Positions 44,328 to 52,937 of a DNA stretch of 64,000 nucleotides are shown here, one piece after another (position 1 is the first letter of the stretch; every line of letters starts with the position of its first letter). Made by a program: the position numbers and the translations under genes. The notes under the pieces are model-generated. The model did no database searches. It was not told the DNA's origin and saw only the letters and a list, made by a program, of their open reading frames with translations. Source of the stretch: an uncultured euryarchaeote (GTDB lineage Archaea > Thermoplasmatota > Poseidoniia > Poseidoniales > Poseidoniaceae); NCBI GenBank assembly GCA_937894115.1, contig CALBFP010000296.1, positions 5,275 to 69,274 of the forward strand, read 5' to 3'.

Positions 44328-45719
44328 TTGTCCAAGGAGACGAGCCCCATGGTTGACCAATTGCCAAACCTCGGAAGAGAAGAAGAAATGCTGAAAGAAA
44401 TGGGTATTGAATCCATGGATTCCTTGTTCGCAGATGTTCCTGAACCCGTTCGAATGGTTGGAGATTTACCTTTGCCTGATGCTCAAAGCGAAGAAGAACT
44501 CCTTGCTGATGCACGGCGTCTCCTCGGAGCGAATCTCGCCTTGGGCGATCAGCCCTCGTTCCTTGGAGCGGGACTGTATCGCAATTTCATTCCATCCAGT
44601 GTTTTTCAACTCGTTACGCGCGGCGAATTTCTGACCTCGTACACACCCTATCAACCGGAGGTTTCCCAAGGTATGCTGCAAGCGATGTGGGAGTTTCAAT
44701 CCCTTGTCTCTGAACTCATTGGCATGCCCATTACCAACCTCTCCTTGTACGATGGCTCCACTGCTGCTGCGGAGGCAATCACGTGCGCAGTACGTGTTCA
44801 CAACCGAAAAGCAGAACAGAAAGACACCGTATACATCTCTGAACTGACACCACCCGACAGAGTATCCGTCATTCACAATTATTGTCAAGGCGCTGGTATC
44901 GAAATTAAAAAACTAAAACACGACAACAACGGCTGTATCAATCTTGAAAGCGTTCACGAAGCCCGGGGATCATGTGCTGTTTATGTGGAGCAACCAAACC
45001 CGTTGGGTATCATAGACGAGGGGTACCCCTCAATCAAAGAAATCATTGGCGAACACACTGCGTTGATCGTCGGAGTCCAACCGGTTTCGCTCGGGCTGCT
45101 CGAAGCCCCGGGTCATTACGGAGCCGACATTGTGATTGGGGAAGGTCAACCCTTGGGAAGCCCAATCACGGGAGGAGGTCCACTTTACGGAATCTTTGGC
45201 TGCACCAAACCCTACCTTCGTTTGATGCCCGGCCGAATTGTCGGACGCAGCATCGATGTTGATGGGAAAGAAGCGTATTGCCTCACGCTATCAACCCGTG
45301 AACAGCACATACGCCGTCATCGAGCAACATCGAACATCTGCACCAATGAAACGTTGATTGCGCTCATGGGTGCGATGCACATGTCCCTCTTAGGCCCTGA
45401 AGGTTTGAAGCATCTTGCGATTCGAAACATGGCAGCATGCACCCACCTAAAGCGTGAGCTTTCCTCGATTGAATCCATACATCAACCTCACCACCAGCAA
45501 TCGCATTTCAACGAGTTCGTGGTTGAACTTCCTGAGCAAACCTCATCTTGTCTTGCTTTCCTTGAGCAGGACGGCATCGTCGGTGGATTCAACGTCTCCG
45601 ATTGGTATCCCGAGAAAAGCAATCAAATGCTCCTCACCGTTACCGATCAAACGAGTAAAGACGACATTGACCGACTTGTACAATCGCTTACAACGTGGAC
45701 CATGGAGGTGACAGCATGA
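44328..45719 (+). CDS. gcvPA: glycine dehydrogenase (decarboxylating) subunit 1
   Basis: Size and sequence are typical of split P-protein subunit 1 (FLGAGLYRNFIPS and YTPYQPEVSQGMLQAMWEFQ). Confidence 0.92.
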   Translation: MSKETSPMVDQLPNLGREEEMLKEMGIESMDSLFADVPEPVRMVGDLPLPDAQSEEELLADARRLLGANLALGDQPSFLGAGLYRNFIPSSVFQLVTRGEFLTSYTPYQPEVSQGMLQAMWEFQSLVSELIGMPITNLSLYDGSTAAAEAITCAVRVHNRKAEQKDTVYISELTPPDRVSVIHNYCQGAGIEIKKLKHDNNGCINLESVHEARGSCAVYVEQPNPLGIIDEGYPSIKEIIGEHTALIVGVQPVSLGLLEAPGHYGADIVIGEGQPLGSPITGGGPLYGIFGCTKPYLRLMPGRIVGRSIDVDGKEAYCLTLSTREQHIRRHRATSNICTNETLIALMGAMHMSLLGPEGLKHLAIRNMAACTHLKRELSSIESIHQPHHQQSHFNEFVVELPEQTSSCLAFLEQDGIVGGFNVSDWYPEKSNQMLLTVTDQTSKDDIDRLVQSLTTWTMEVTA

Positions 45720-47215
45720 GCCGTTTGTTCGATCATTATGGCGCTGAGGGCAAAGGATATGCTCAACCGTCACCAATCCTACCAGCATCTGAGTTGAATC
45801 TACCAGCAAACATGGTTCGGAATCAATTACCTCGGTGGCCTCGTTTATCAGAGCCCGAAATGGTTCGGCACTACACCTGGCTCTCAAAGCGAAACTTTGG
45901 CATCGATACAGGGTTCTATCCACTCGGTTCATGCACAATGAAACACAATCCTCGTGTCAACGAAGTCGTTGCTCAGTTGCCTGGAATCGCAGACATCCAT
46001 CCGCATCAGTCTGAACATCAACTGCAAGGGTTGCTCTCAATTTACTATGAAATGCAAGAAATGCTTGCAATTTGCGCTGGAATGGACGCCGTGACGCTTC
46101 AACCTGTTGCTGGTGCTCAAGGAGAGTTTACTGCAGTGCGCTGTTTTCAAGAATATTTCCGCCACCGTGGCGAGAGCAACAGAACAAAGGTCATCGTTCC
46201 AGATTCTGCACACGGGACCAATCCTGCCAGCGCCGCTATGTCGGGATTTGAAATCATTGAAATCCCAAGCCAAGAAGACGGCAGAATCGATTTGTCCGCT
46301 TTGCGTGCTGTTGTTGGCGACGACACAGCAGCAATGATGATCACCAATCCAAACACACTTGGACTGTTCGAACAAGACATCGCAGCAGCCTCGAAAATCG
46401 TTCATGAAGTTGGAGGCCTCATGTACTATGATGGAGCAAATTTCAATGCAATCCTCGGCAGGACCAGTCCTGGATTGATGGGATTCGATGCAGTTCATTA
46501 CAACCTCCACAAAACCTTCAGTCAACCGCATGGCGGAGGGGGTCCTGGTTCAGGACCAATCGGCGTGAAGGAGCATCTTGCTTCCTTCCTACCTTCGCCG
46601 ATTGTTGCGCGCCGTGAGCCGAATGTAGCAGAAAAAGAACAAGCTGTTGATGCGTTTTGGTACCACTGGCACGTGCCTGAAAACAGCATAGGTAAGGTCC
46701 AGCAGTGGCATGGAAACGCAGGTGCAGTTCTGCGATGTTGGGCATATTATCGACGCTATGGAAAAGAACTCCGAACCATGTCGGAACACGCTGTACTCAA
46801 TGCCAACTACCTACGGCATGCGATCCATCGAGAGGCCAAAGCAGCGGGCGTCGATCATCTCTTTGTTGACGGTGCTGATACGGTTGTGGCCAAGCATGAA
46901 TTCACACTTTCGCTTGGACCTGCAAAAGAAACGCTTGGTATTTCAGCCATGGACGTCGCTAAAGGACTTCTTGACATGGGTTACATGGCTCCAACAGTGT
47001 ACTTTCCGCTCGTCGTCCCTGAATGCATGATGATAGAGCCAACGGAGACAGAATCCAAAGAAACGCTTGATACGTTCGCCAAGGATTTCTGCAAAGTGCT
47101 TCAACTCGATGCAGAAACACTGCACAATGCACCCACAACAACGCCTGTTCGTCGAGTTGACGAGGTCTACGCCGCACGCAACCTCTGTCTGCGTCATCCG
47201 TTCGATAACGACTGA
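45716..47215 (+). CDS. gcvPB: glycine dehydrogenase (decarboxylating) subunit 2
   Basis: The PLP-lysine motif is HYNLHKTFSQPHGGGGPG. ATG at 45716 overlaps the gcvPA stop (ATGA). Confidence 0.92.
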   Translation: MSRLFDHYGAEGKGYAQPSPILPASELNLPANMVRNQLPRWPRLSEPEMVRHYTWLSKRNFGIDTGFYPLGSCTMKHNPRVNEVVAQLPGIADIHPHQSEHQLQGLLSIYYEMQEMLAICAGMDAVTLQPVAGAQGEFTAVRCFQEYFRHRGESNRTKVIVPDSAHGTNPASAAMSGFEIIEIPSQEDGRIDLSALRAVVGDDTAAMMITNPNTLGLFEQDIAAASKIVHEVGGLMYYDGANFNAILGRTSPGLMGFDAVHYNLHKTFSQPHGGGGPGSGPIGVKEHLASFLPSPIVARREPNVAEKEQAVDAFWYHWHVPENSIGKVQQWHGNAGAVLRCWAYYRRYGKELRTMSEHAVLNANYLRHAIHREAKAAGVDHLFVDGADTVVAKHEFTLSLGPAKETLGISAMDVAKGLLDMGYMAPTVYFPLVVPECMMIEPTETESKETLDTFAKDFCKVLQLDAETLHNAPTTTPVRRVDEVYAARNLCLRHPFDND

Positions 47216-47625
47216 GTGCGAAGCGTGATGGATTCTTGTGTAAATTGCAGCAACTCCCAAGTGAGTTGTGACGAATAAACAACAAATGCCAAACTGATCA
47301 GCAACAGTTCAACAATTAACATCCACCATGAGACATAAAAAGCACCTGCAACAAGCATCGATGATAGGACAAACAAACCAAACATGGTTATGCTTGGGCG
47401 AAATCGAACGAGCAATTCATCGCCAACCTCGCTGTAACTCAAAATTACAAACTGAAAAAGTCCGCGATATACTTGGACCTCTTGCCCTCGATGAATGAGT
47501 TGCAATCCTCTGTGCTCGTCCAAACGAGCCAAGAAAGACTCTGAATCGCACTTGTAGACTTGTTCCACTTTTGGAGGAAAAAACCTTCTTGATATAATTT
47601 CATCGCCGATATCCAACAAAAACAA
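47194..47625 (-). CDS. hypothetical membrane protein
   Basis: 143-aa ORF. A soluble N-terminal half is followed by two hydrophobic helices. Its 3' end overlaps gcvPB convergently by 22 nt. Confidence 0.4.
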   Translation of the reverse strand: MFLLDIGDEIISRRFFPPKVEQVYKCDSESFLARLDEHRGLQLIHRGQEVQVYRGLFQFVILSYSEVGDELLVRFRPSITMFGLFVLSSMLVAGAFYVSWWMLIVELLLISLAFVVYSSQLTWELLQFTQESITLRTQSLSNG

Positions 47626-47649
47626 AAACTCGGAACCACTCGTAGGTTC

Positions 47650-48264
47650 ATGGTAGGGTTGCTCATAGAAGGATGGTACCCCTCCGAGGAAAAAGCGGTG
47701 ATGAACACCCCGCTCTTTACGCTCGCTGGTTCCTTGTTAACCATGGCCTTTCCTGTCTTGATGTTGCTTTCAGGAAAACACACAAAATTTGTGCCATGGC
47801 TTCTTCTGATAACAGCACTTCTGATTGGTATGGCGCTACTTTCAACCTTCTTCCAACGTCGAGTCTTGATTCTTCATCGAAGCGTCCATTTTGGTGTTGT
47901 CTTGTTCTTCCTCGTTCCAATGACTGCCTTTATTGAATCGATTTCTTCTTGGATTGGGATCTTCCTTTGTGTGTGTTTCTTTTTCTCCACATTTCATCTT
48001 GCCAACAAAACGTCAGCAGGTTATGGAGTGCAATTCCGTCGCCATTGGAATCCTTCTGAATATCTAAAATTGAGTCCGAGTCGATACACTCATTGGAAGA
48101 TAGTGAATGCAAAACCCAACAATGGAATCATGGCAGTTTCCAGGACAAAACAACAGCTCGCGGTCATGTACTGCGAATACGATGAGGATGGATGTTGGCT
48201 GCATCTCGACGTTTTTTCTGGTACTCTTTTCAATCTTGCTGGATTTTTGTTTGAAGAAGAGTGA
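47650..48264 (+). CDS. hypothetical membrane protein
   Basis: 204-aa ORF. About four hydrophobic helices are followed by a soluble tail of about 80 aa. The start may be the internal MNTPLF (47701). Confidence 0.45.
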   Translation: MVGLLIEGWYPSEEKAVMNTPLFTLAGSLLTMAFPVLMLLSGKHTKFVPWLLLITALLIGMALLSTFFQRRVLILHRSVHFGVVLFFLVPMTAFIESISSWIGIFLCVCFFFSTFHLANKTSAGYGVQFRRHWNPSEYLKLSPSRYTHWKIVNAKPNNGIMAVSRTKQQLAVMYCEYDEDGCWLHLDVFSGTLFNLAGFLFEEE

Positions 48265-48303
48265 GGGGTCATCTAAAAGAACTACCCGCGTTGCGTGTAA
48301 GTC

Positions 48304-48783
48304 ATGGATGTATCTATCTTACTCGGATCGAAGTCGGACATGCCAGTTGCAGAAAAATGCACGAAGGTGCTTGACAAATTTGGCGTAAATTATCAATTGC
48401 GTGTTGCTTCAGCGCATCGCTCTCCGAAATATGTTGAAGACATTATTCACAAAGCTGAAGAAGACGGATGCAAAGTTTTCATTGCAATGGCTGGCCTTGC
48501 TGCAGCACTACCCGGTGCTGTTGCAGCACTTACCACGAAGCCAGTGATTGGTGTTCCATGCGGCGGTAAAGTACCCTATGACTCACTTCTCTCAATCGTT
48601 CAATTACCACCCGGGGTTCCTGCTGCTACCGTAGGCGTTGACCGTGGCGATAACGCTGGCCATCTTGCAGTGCAAATGCTTGCCCTTGTCAACGAAGATA
48701 TGGCTCAACGTCTCGTTCAAGACAAACTCGACCAAGTGGAGCGCGTACTCCAAATGGATCGAGAAGTCAATGGCAGGGCTTGA
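48304..48783 (+). CDS. purE: phosphoribosylaminoimidazole carboxylase catalytic subunit / N5-CAIR mutase PurE
   Basis: Motifs are ILLGSKSDMPV, RVASAHRSP and AGLAAALPGAVAALT. Confidence 0.9.
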   Translation: MDVSILLGSKSDMPVAEKCTKVLDKFGVNYQLRVASAHRSPKYVEDIIHKAEEDGCKVFIAMAGLAAALPGAVAALTTKPVIGVPCGGKVPYDSLLSIVQLPPGVPAATVGVDRGDNAGHLAVQMLALVNEDMAQRLVQDKLDQVERVLQMDREVNGRA

Positions 48784-49732
48784 GATGTTTGATGCGCCTG
48801 AATTCATCGAAGAATCGATTCAGCAAATGAAAGCGACCATTGACGACGTCGCTATCATTGCATGTTCAGGTGGTGTTGATTCAACCGTTGCTGCTGTTAT
48901 CGCCAACAAGGCTGTTGGTAATCTCTTGCATTGTGTTTACGTTGATACAGGTTTCATGAGAAAGAATGAGACTGAGGAAATTGAGGCGATGCTCGCTGAG
49001 CAAGGCATCAATTTGATCACTGTCAAAGCCGCCGATCGATACTTTGAGGCATTGAAAGGTGTGACAGAACCTGAACACAAGCGCAAGGTAATCGGCGAAT
49101 TGTTCATCCGAATTTTTGAAGATGAGCAAAAGAAGTGCGGCGCGAAATACCTTGTTCAAGGGACCATTGCCCCAGATTGGATTGAATCGGGCGGTGGTGT
49201 TCGCGACACCATCAAATCGCATCACAACGTTGGCGGATTGCCAGAGGACATGACGCTCGAAGTTGTTGAACCCCTCCGTGAATTGTACAAAGATGAGGTT
49301 CGAGAAATCGCTCGCGAACTCAATATCGTCGTGGCCGAGCGGCAACCGTTCCCCGGTCCAGGTTTAGCGGTTCGAACGCTCGGAGAATTGACTCCCGAAC
49401 GTGTGGAGGTCGTACGCGAGGCTTGTGCCATTGTCGAGGAGGAATTTGAAGCAGGAGCAGCTGCCGGTGAAATGGAATTGCCTTGGCAGTACTTCGCCGC
49501 ATTGCTCCCAGTCCGCTCTGTTGGAGTGCACGGTGATGTGCGAGCATACGGCGAGACCGTTGTTGTCAGAGCAGTACGAAGTATGGATGGTATGTCGGCT
49601 CGATATTCGGAAATTCCGCACAGCATACTACAAAAGATCAGTACGCGAATAACCAACACGGTCAAGGGTGCAGTGAATCGGGTCGTCTACGACATTACCC
49701 ACAAACCACCAGGCACAATTGAGTGGGAGTAA
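48770..49732 (+). CDS. guaA: GMP synthase subunit B (ATP pyrophosphatase domain, split archaeal form)
   Basis: The PP-loop is ACSGGVDSTV. The C-terminal dimerisation region reads GLPE...EPL..LYKDEVR and ends PPGTIEWE. The start is taken at ATG 48770; the track start at 48638 overlaps purE heavily. Confidence 0.9.
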   Translation: MAGLEMFDAPEFIEESIQQMKATIDDVAIIACSGGVDSTVAAVIANKAVGNLLHCVYVDTGFMRKNETEEIEAMLAEQGINLITVKAADRYFEALKGVTEPEHKRKVIGELFIRIFEDEQKKCGAKYLVQGTIAPDWIESGGGVRDTIKSHHNVGGLPEDMTLEVVEPLRELYKDEVREIARELNIVVAERQPFPGPGLAVRTLGELTPERVEVVREACAIVEEEFEAGAAAGEMELPWQYFAALLPVRSVGVHGDVRAYGETVVVRAVRSMDGMSARYSEIPHSILQKISTRITNTVKGAVNRVVYDITHKPPGTIEWE

Positions 49733-49799
49733 CCAACAGTCAACCAATGCAGAATGCAATTATGAGTTGATGTGCTGCCGTGGATGGATTGAAAATTTA

Positions 49800-49872
49800 C
49801 GCCGATTGTGGGGCTCGAACCCACGACCTTGGGATTAACAGTCCCACGCTCCACCAGCTAAGCTAAATCGGC
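49800..49872 (-). tRNA. tRNA-Asn (anticodon GTT)
   Basis: The reverse complement is GCCGATT TA GCTT AGCTGGTG GAGC G TGGGA CTGTTAA TCCCA AGGTC GTGGG TTCGAGC CCCAC AATCGGC plus discriminator G. It folds as a full cloverleaf with a 7-bp acceptor stem. No CCA is encoded. Confidence 0.93.
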
Positions 49873-49915
49873 GAGTTTGGCCAGTAACATCTCCTTTATG
49901 ACGGCTTCCATGAAT

Positions 49916-51187
49916 TCAAGTCATCGAACAATCTGAAATTGTTACCCTTTCAAGAATCCTTGAACCTACATTGACTTGATAGTCTGAAATTGTAATCGAA
50001 TTCATCAAACGTTTCAACGAAGCATCATTGAGGCCACGAGGTGCGTCCAAGGTGAAAATGGGGTCACCTTCTTCGACTTTCATGCCAATGTGGTTGTGTA
50101 TTTCAATTCCAATTCCATGGTCGATATCTTCACTCTGGGTCGAGCGACCGGCTCCTATCTCACACAAAACTTGACCAAACACAAAAGCATCCAAGTCAGC
50201 GATATAGCCCGCTTTTCCTGCTTTTATTGTGTAGGCTTCAGGCGCTCGTTGCAACACGCTCCAAGGATTGTCGATCAGCTGTTGCACAACCTCCACATCA
50301 ACGCCTTGACGCACAAGCATCGAGTTGAACTCTTGCAGAGCAGAACCGTCGTTGATGACTTCAGAGATGTCGTACCCTAATGATTCGGCCTGTGCAAAGA
50401 CCAACTCCATCGTGTCGTTTGGACCCATACCCTTGAGACATGCAATGGTTTCAACAATTTCATGACTGTTTCCAATCATGTTCCCAATCGGGTGGTCCAT
50501 CTGCGTAAGCAATGCCTCAACTTTCATTCCAAGGGCAGTACCAACACGGACCATAGAGTGCGCAAGATTTCGAGCGTCCTCTGAGTGTTGCATGAAAGCC
50601 GCTCGACCGTACTTGACATCGAGGACCAGTGCTTGGATTCCTTCAGCCGCTTTTTTGGAGAGAATTGATGCTGTAATCAATCCTATGCATGGCACGGTTG
50701 CAGTCACGTCACGTATTGCATAGAGTATGGAATCTGTCGGTGCAATTTCATCGGTTTGTCGAGAAATGAAACATGGATTGTGTTCCATTTCTTGGATGCT
50801 TAATCCTGTGTTGAAACCAGGGATTGCCTCAAGTTTATCGATGGTTCCTCCCGTATGCGCCAGTCCTCTTCCCGCAAGCATAGGAACCACAGCACCACAC
50901 GCTCTTAGTGCTGGTGCAAGAACAAGGCTCATTTTGTCACCAACACCACCAGTTGAATGCTTGTCGACAGCGCCGGTCTGAGCAGGGAGTCGGTCTCCTT
51001 GTTCCAGCATTGCCTTGGTGAGGTGTATGGTTTCATCAGCATCCAATCCGTTGATCTGACATGCCATCAAAAACGCACCAATCTGCTCGTTTGGTATGAC
51101 ATGAAGATGTTTGATGAACCATTCAATTTCGGACGGTTCGAGTGCCTTACCATCCCTTTTTTTTGCCAATATCTTGGGGATGTGCAT
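49916..51187 (-). CDS. deoA: thymidine / pyrimidine-nucleoside phosphorylase
   Basis: The N-terminus is ILAKKRDGKALEPSEIEWFI and the phosphate-binding motif is DKHSTGGVGDK. At 423 aa it lacks the N-terminal extension of archaeal AMP phosphorylases. Confidence 0.85.
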   Translation of the reverse strand: MHIPKILAKKRDGKALEPSEIEWFIKHLHVIPNEQIGAFLMACQINGLDADETIHLTKAMLEQGDRLPAQTGAVDKHSTGGVGDKMSLVLAPALRACGAVVPMLAGRGLAHTGGTIDKLEAIPGFNTGLSIQEMEHNPCFISRQTDEIAPTDSILYAIRDVTATVPCIGLITASILSKKAAEGIQALVLDVKYGRAAFMQHSEDARNLAHSMVRVGTALGMKVEALLTQMDHPIGNMIGNSHEIVETIACLKGMGPNDTMELVFAQAESLGYDISEVINDGSALQEFNSMLVRQGVDVEVVQQLIDNPWSVLQRAPEAYTIKAGKAGYIADLDAFVFGQVLCEIGAGRSTQSEDIDHGIGIEIHNHIGMKVEEGDPIFTLDAPRGLNDASLKRLMNSITISDYQVNVGSRILERVTISDCSMT

Positions 51188-51192
51188 TCAAA

Positions 51193-52182
51193 TCAACTCT
51201 CATCGGATGAAGCCAATCCGATTTCAACGAGACGTTGGTGCAGGAATTCCCCTGCGGTGATGGAAGGGTAATCAGCAACGCCACTTGTACGTGCTACGTA
51301 TTCAGGACGTGGTGTCAAATCGATTTCGTTGCGAGGATGCACGAACATTGGCATCGAAAATCTTCGCTGTGTTGGATCACCTGGATTGACCACGCGATGT
51401 TTTGTTGAACGGAACAATCCATTTGTTAGATTTTGAATCATGTCACCAGAATCGACAATGATTTGTTCGTGGTTCCCCTCAACATCAATCCATGTTCCAT
51501 CGTTGTCCATGACCTGCAGTCCAGCAGCGGTGGCTGTCATGAGGAGCGTGATGAAATTGATGTCCTCATGTGCCGCTGAACGGACCGCACCTTCAGGTGT
51601 TGAAGCATCAAGAGGAGGATAGTGAATGATGCGCATAATCGTGTTGCCTTTGTCGGCCATTGATGGCAACCAATTCGCATCTTTTCCAAGGTACGTACTG
51701 CAAGCAGCGAGCAATTGGTTGGAAATGATTTCCATTTGATTGTACAACGAATCTACGTTCTCTTCAAACTTCGGAATGTGTTCGTTTGGCCATATGTTCA
51801 TCGGGTATTTGTTGTCCGTTTCGCTTCCTTGTTGTCCCCGTCCAGTTTGCCAAAATTCCTTGAGATCGGGTGCAGGGTTGTCTTTTGCATGCTCCACTCC
51901 GAACGACGTGTAACCTCGCTGATGTGAAATCTCTGGCTTTGAATACAAATTTTTCACGGAATCTTCAAGCATAAAGAAGGACTCAGCTTCATGATATGTG
52001 CCCTCAATCAAGGACAAGTCAATGCCGTGATTTGTGAGCGCAAAAAATCCAATGTCTGCAAGTGAATCTCCAACGGTTTTGATGAACTTCTGTACCCGTT
52101 GTTCATCCTCGGACAGATAGTCATCAAGGTCGGCTATTGGTAACGGCCGTGTCAACGAATCACCTGTCGCGAAGCTTTGCAA
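51193..52182 (-). CDS. 2-oxoglutarate/Fe(II)-dependent oxygenase (isopenicillin-N-synthase family)
   Basis: The facial triad and 2OG-binding residues are visible: IHYPP...AAHEDINFITLL (HxD), STKHRV (distal His) and RRFSMPMF (RxS). Confidence 0.8.
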   Translation of the reverse strand: MQSFATGDSLTRPLPIADLDDYLSEDEQRVQKFIKTVGDSLADIGFFALTNHGIDLSLIEGTYHEAESFFMLEDSVKNLYSKPEISHQRGYTSFGVEHAKDNPAPDLKEFWQTGRGQQGSETDNKYPMNIWPNEHIPKFEENVDSLYNQMEIISNQLLAACSTYLGKDANWLPSMADKGNTIMRIIHYPPLDASTPEGAVRSAAHEDINFITLLMTATAAGLQVMDNDGTWIDVEGNHEQIIVDSGDMIQNLTNGLFRSTKHRVVNPGDPTQRRFSMPMFVHPRNEIDLTPRPEYVARTSGVADYPSITAGEFLHQRLVEIGLASSDES

Positions 52183-52897
52183 TTAAACGAAGCATTTCGA
52201 AATACAGCCAAATAACGGTGACCATAACTCCGAAGGCGCCCCACCATTCCTGCTGCTTTGGAGCTCCCATTCGGACACCTGCGTCAATCATACCAAAATT
52301 CGAGATAAGCATCATCGCTGCAATGGTGATGATGAACAGACTTATTCCAATTCCAATCGGTCCAGAGGAGTGAAGGAACGGTACGGACCACGGTGTGAGG
52401 AACACCAAAAAGAGGTTGATGATGTAGACAAGGAAGATGGATCCTGCAAGTGTGAAAACAATCTTGTTGAAGGTCGGCGTTGGTCGAAGGATTCCAACCG
52501 AGTAAATGGTGAGCATCGTTGCAACGACAGCAAAAGTTGCGAGTCCAGCTTGTATGGCAATACCGGGATACATCAGCTCAAAAACAAGCGTTAAGGGTCC
52601 TATGAACAGCCCTTCCAGCGTTGCATAGACCATCACAAAACCGGCTGGTTCGACTGGACGAGAAAACCATAGGTAGACACCCATTCCCATGGTACCAAAC
52701 ATCCCAAGCAGCATCATTGGAAACAACAGACCGGGCATGATGAATCCAAGAGCTACGGAGCCAACTGCACTGACGGTTGCAAGTCCGAAAAGGATGCCTA
52801 TTTTTTGCAAGGTTCCTTCAAAGCTCATTCGGTCGTATCCTTGGATTGTATTCCAAAACTTCGGTTGAAAAACCGGGTTCGTTGAACTGTATGCCAT
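52160..52897 (-). CDS. Bax-inhibitor-1-like (BaxI_1/YccA-related) membrane protein
   Basis: ATG at 52897 gives MAYSSTNPVF..., followed by seven hydrophobic helices. The longer track ORF (to 53239) would overlap the upstream gene by about 300 nt. Confidence 0.7.
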   Translation of the reverse strand: MAYSSTNPVFQPKFWNTIQGYDRMSFEGTLQKIGILFGLATVSAVGSVALGFIMPGLLFPMMLLGMFGTMGMGVYLWFSRPVEPAGFVMVYATLEGLFIGPLTLVFELMYPGIAIQAGLATFAVVATMLTIYSVGILRPTPTFNKIVFTLAGSIFLVYIINLFLVFLTPWSVPFLHSSGPIGIGISLFIITIAAMMLISNFGMIDAGVRMGAPKQQEWWGAFGVMVTVIWLYFEMLRLIAKLRDR

Positions 52898-52937
52898 GAG
52901 TGAACCTAAACGCCGTCCTTTGTGAAGGTTGCGCGTC

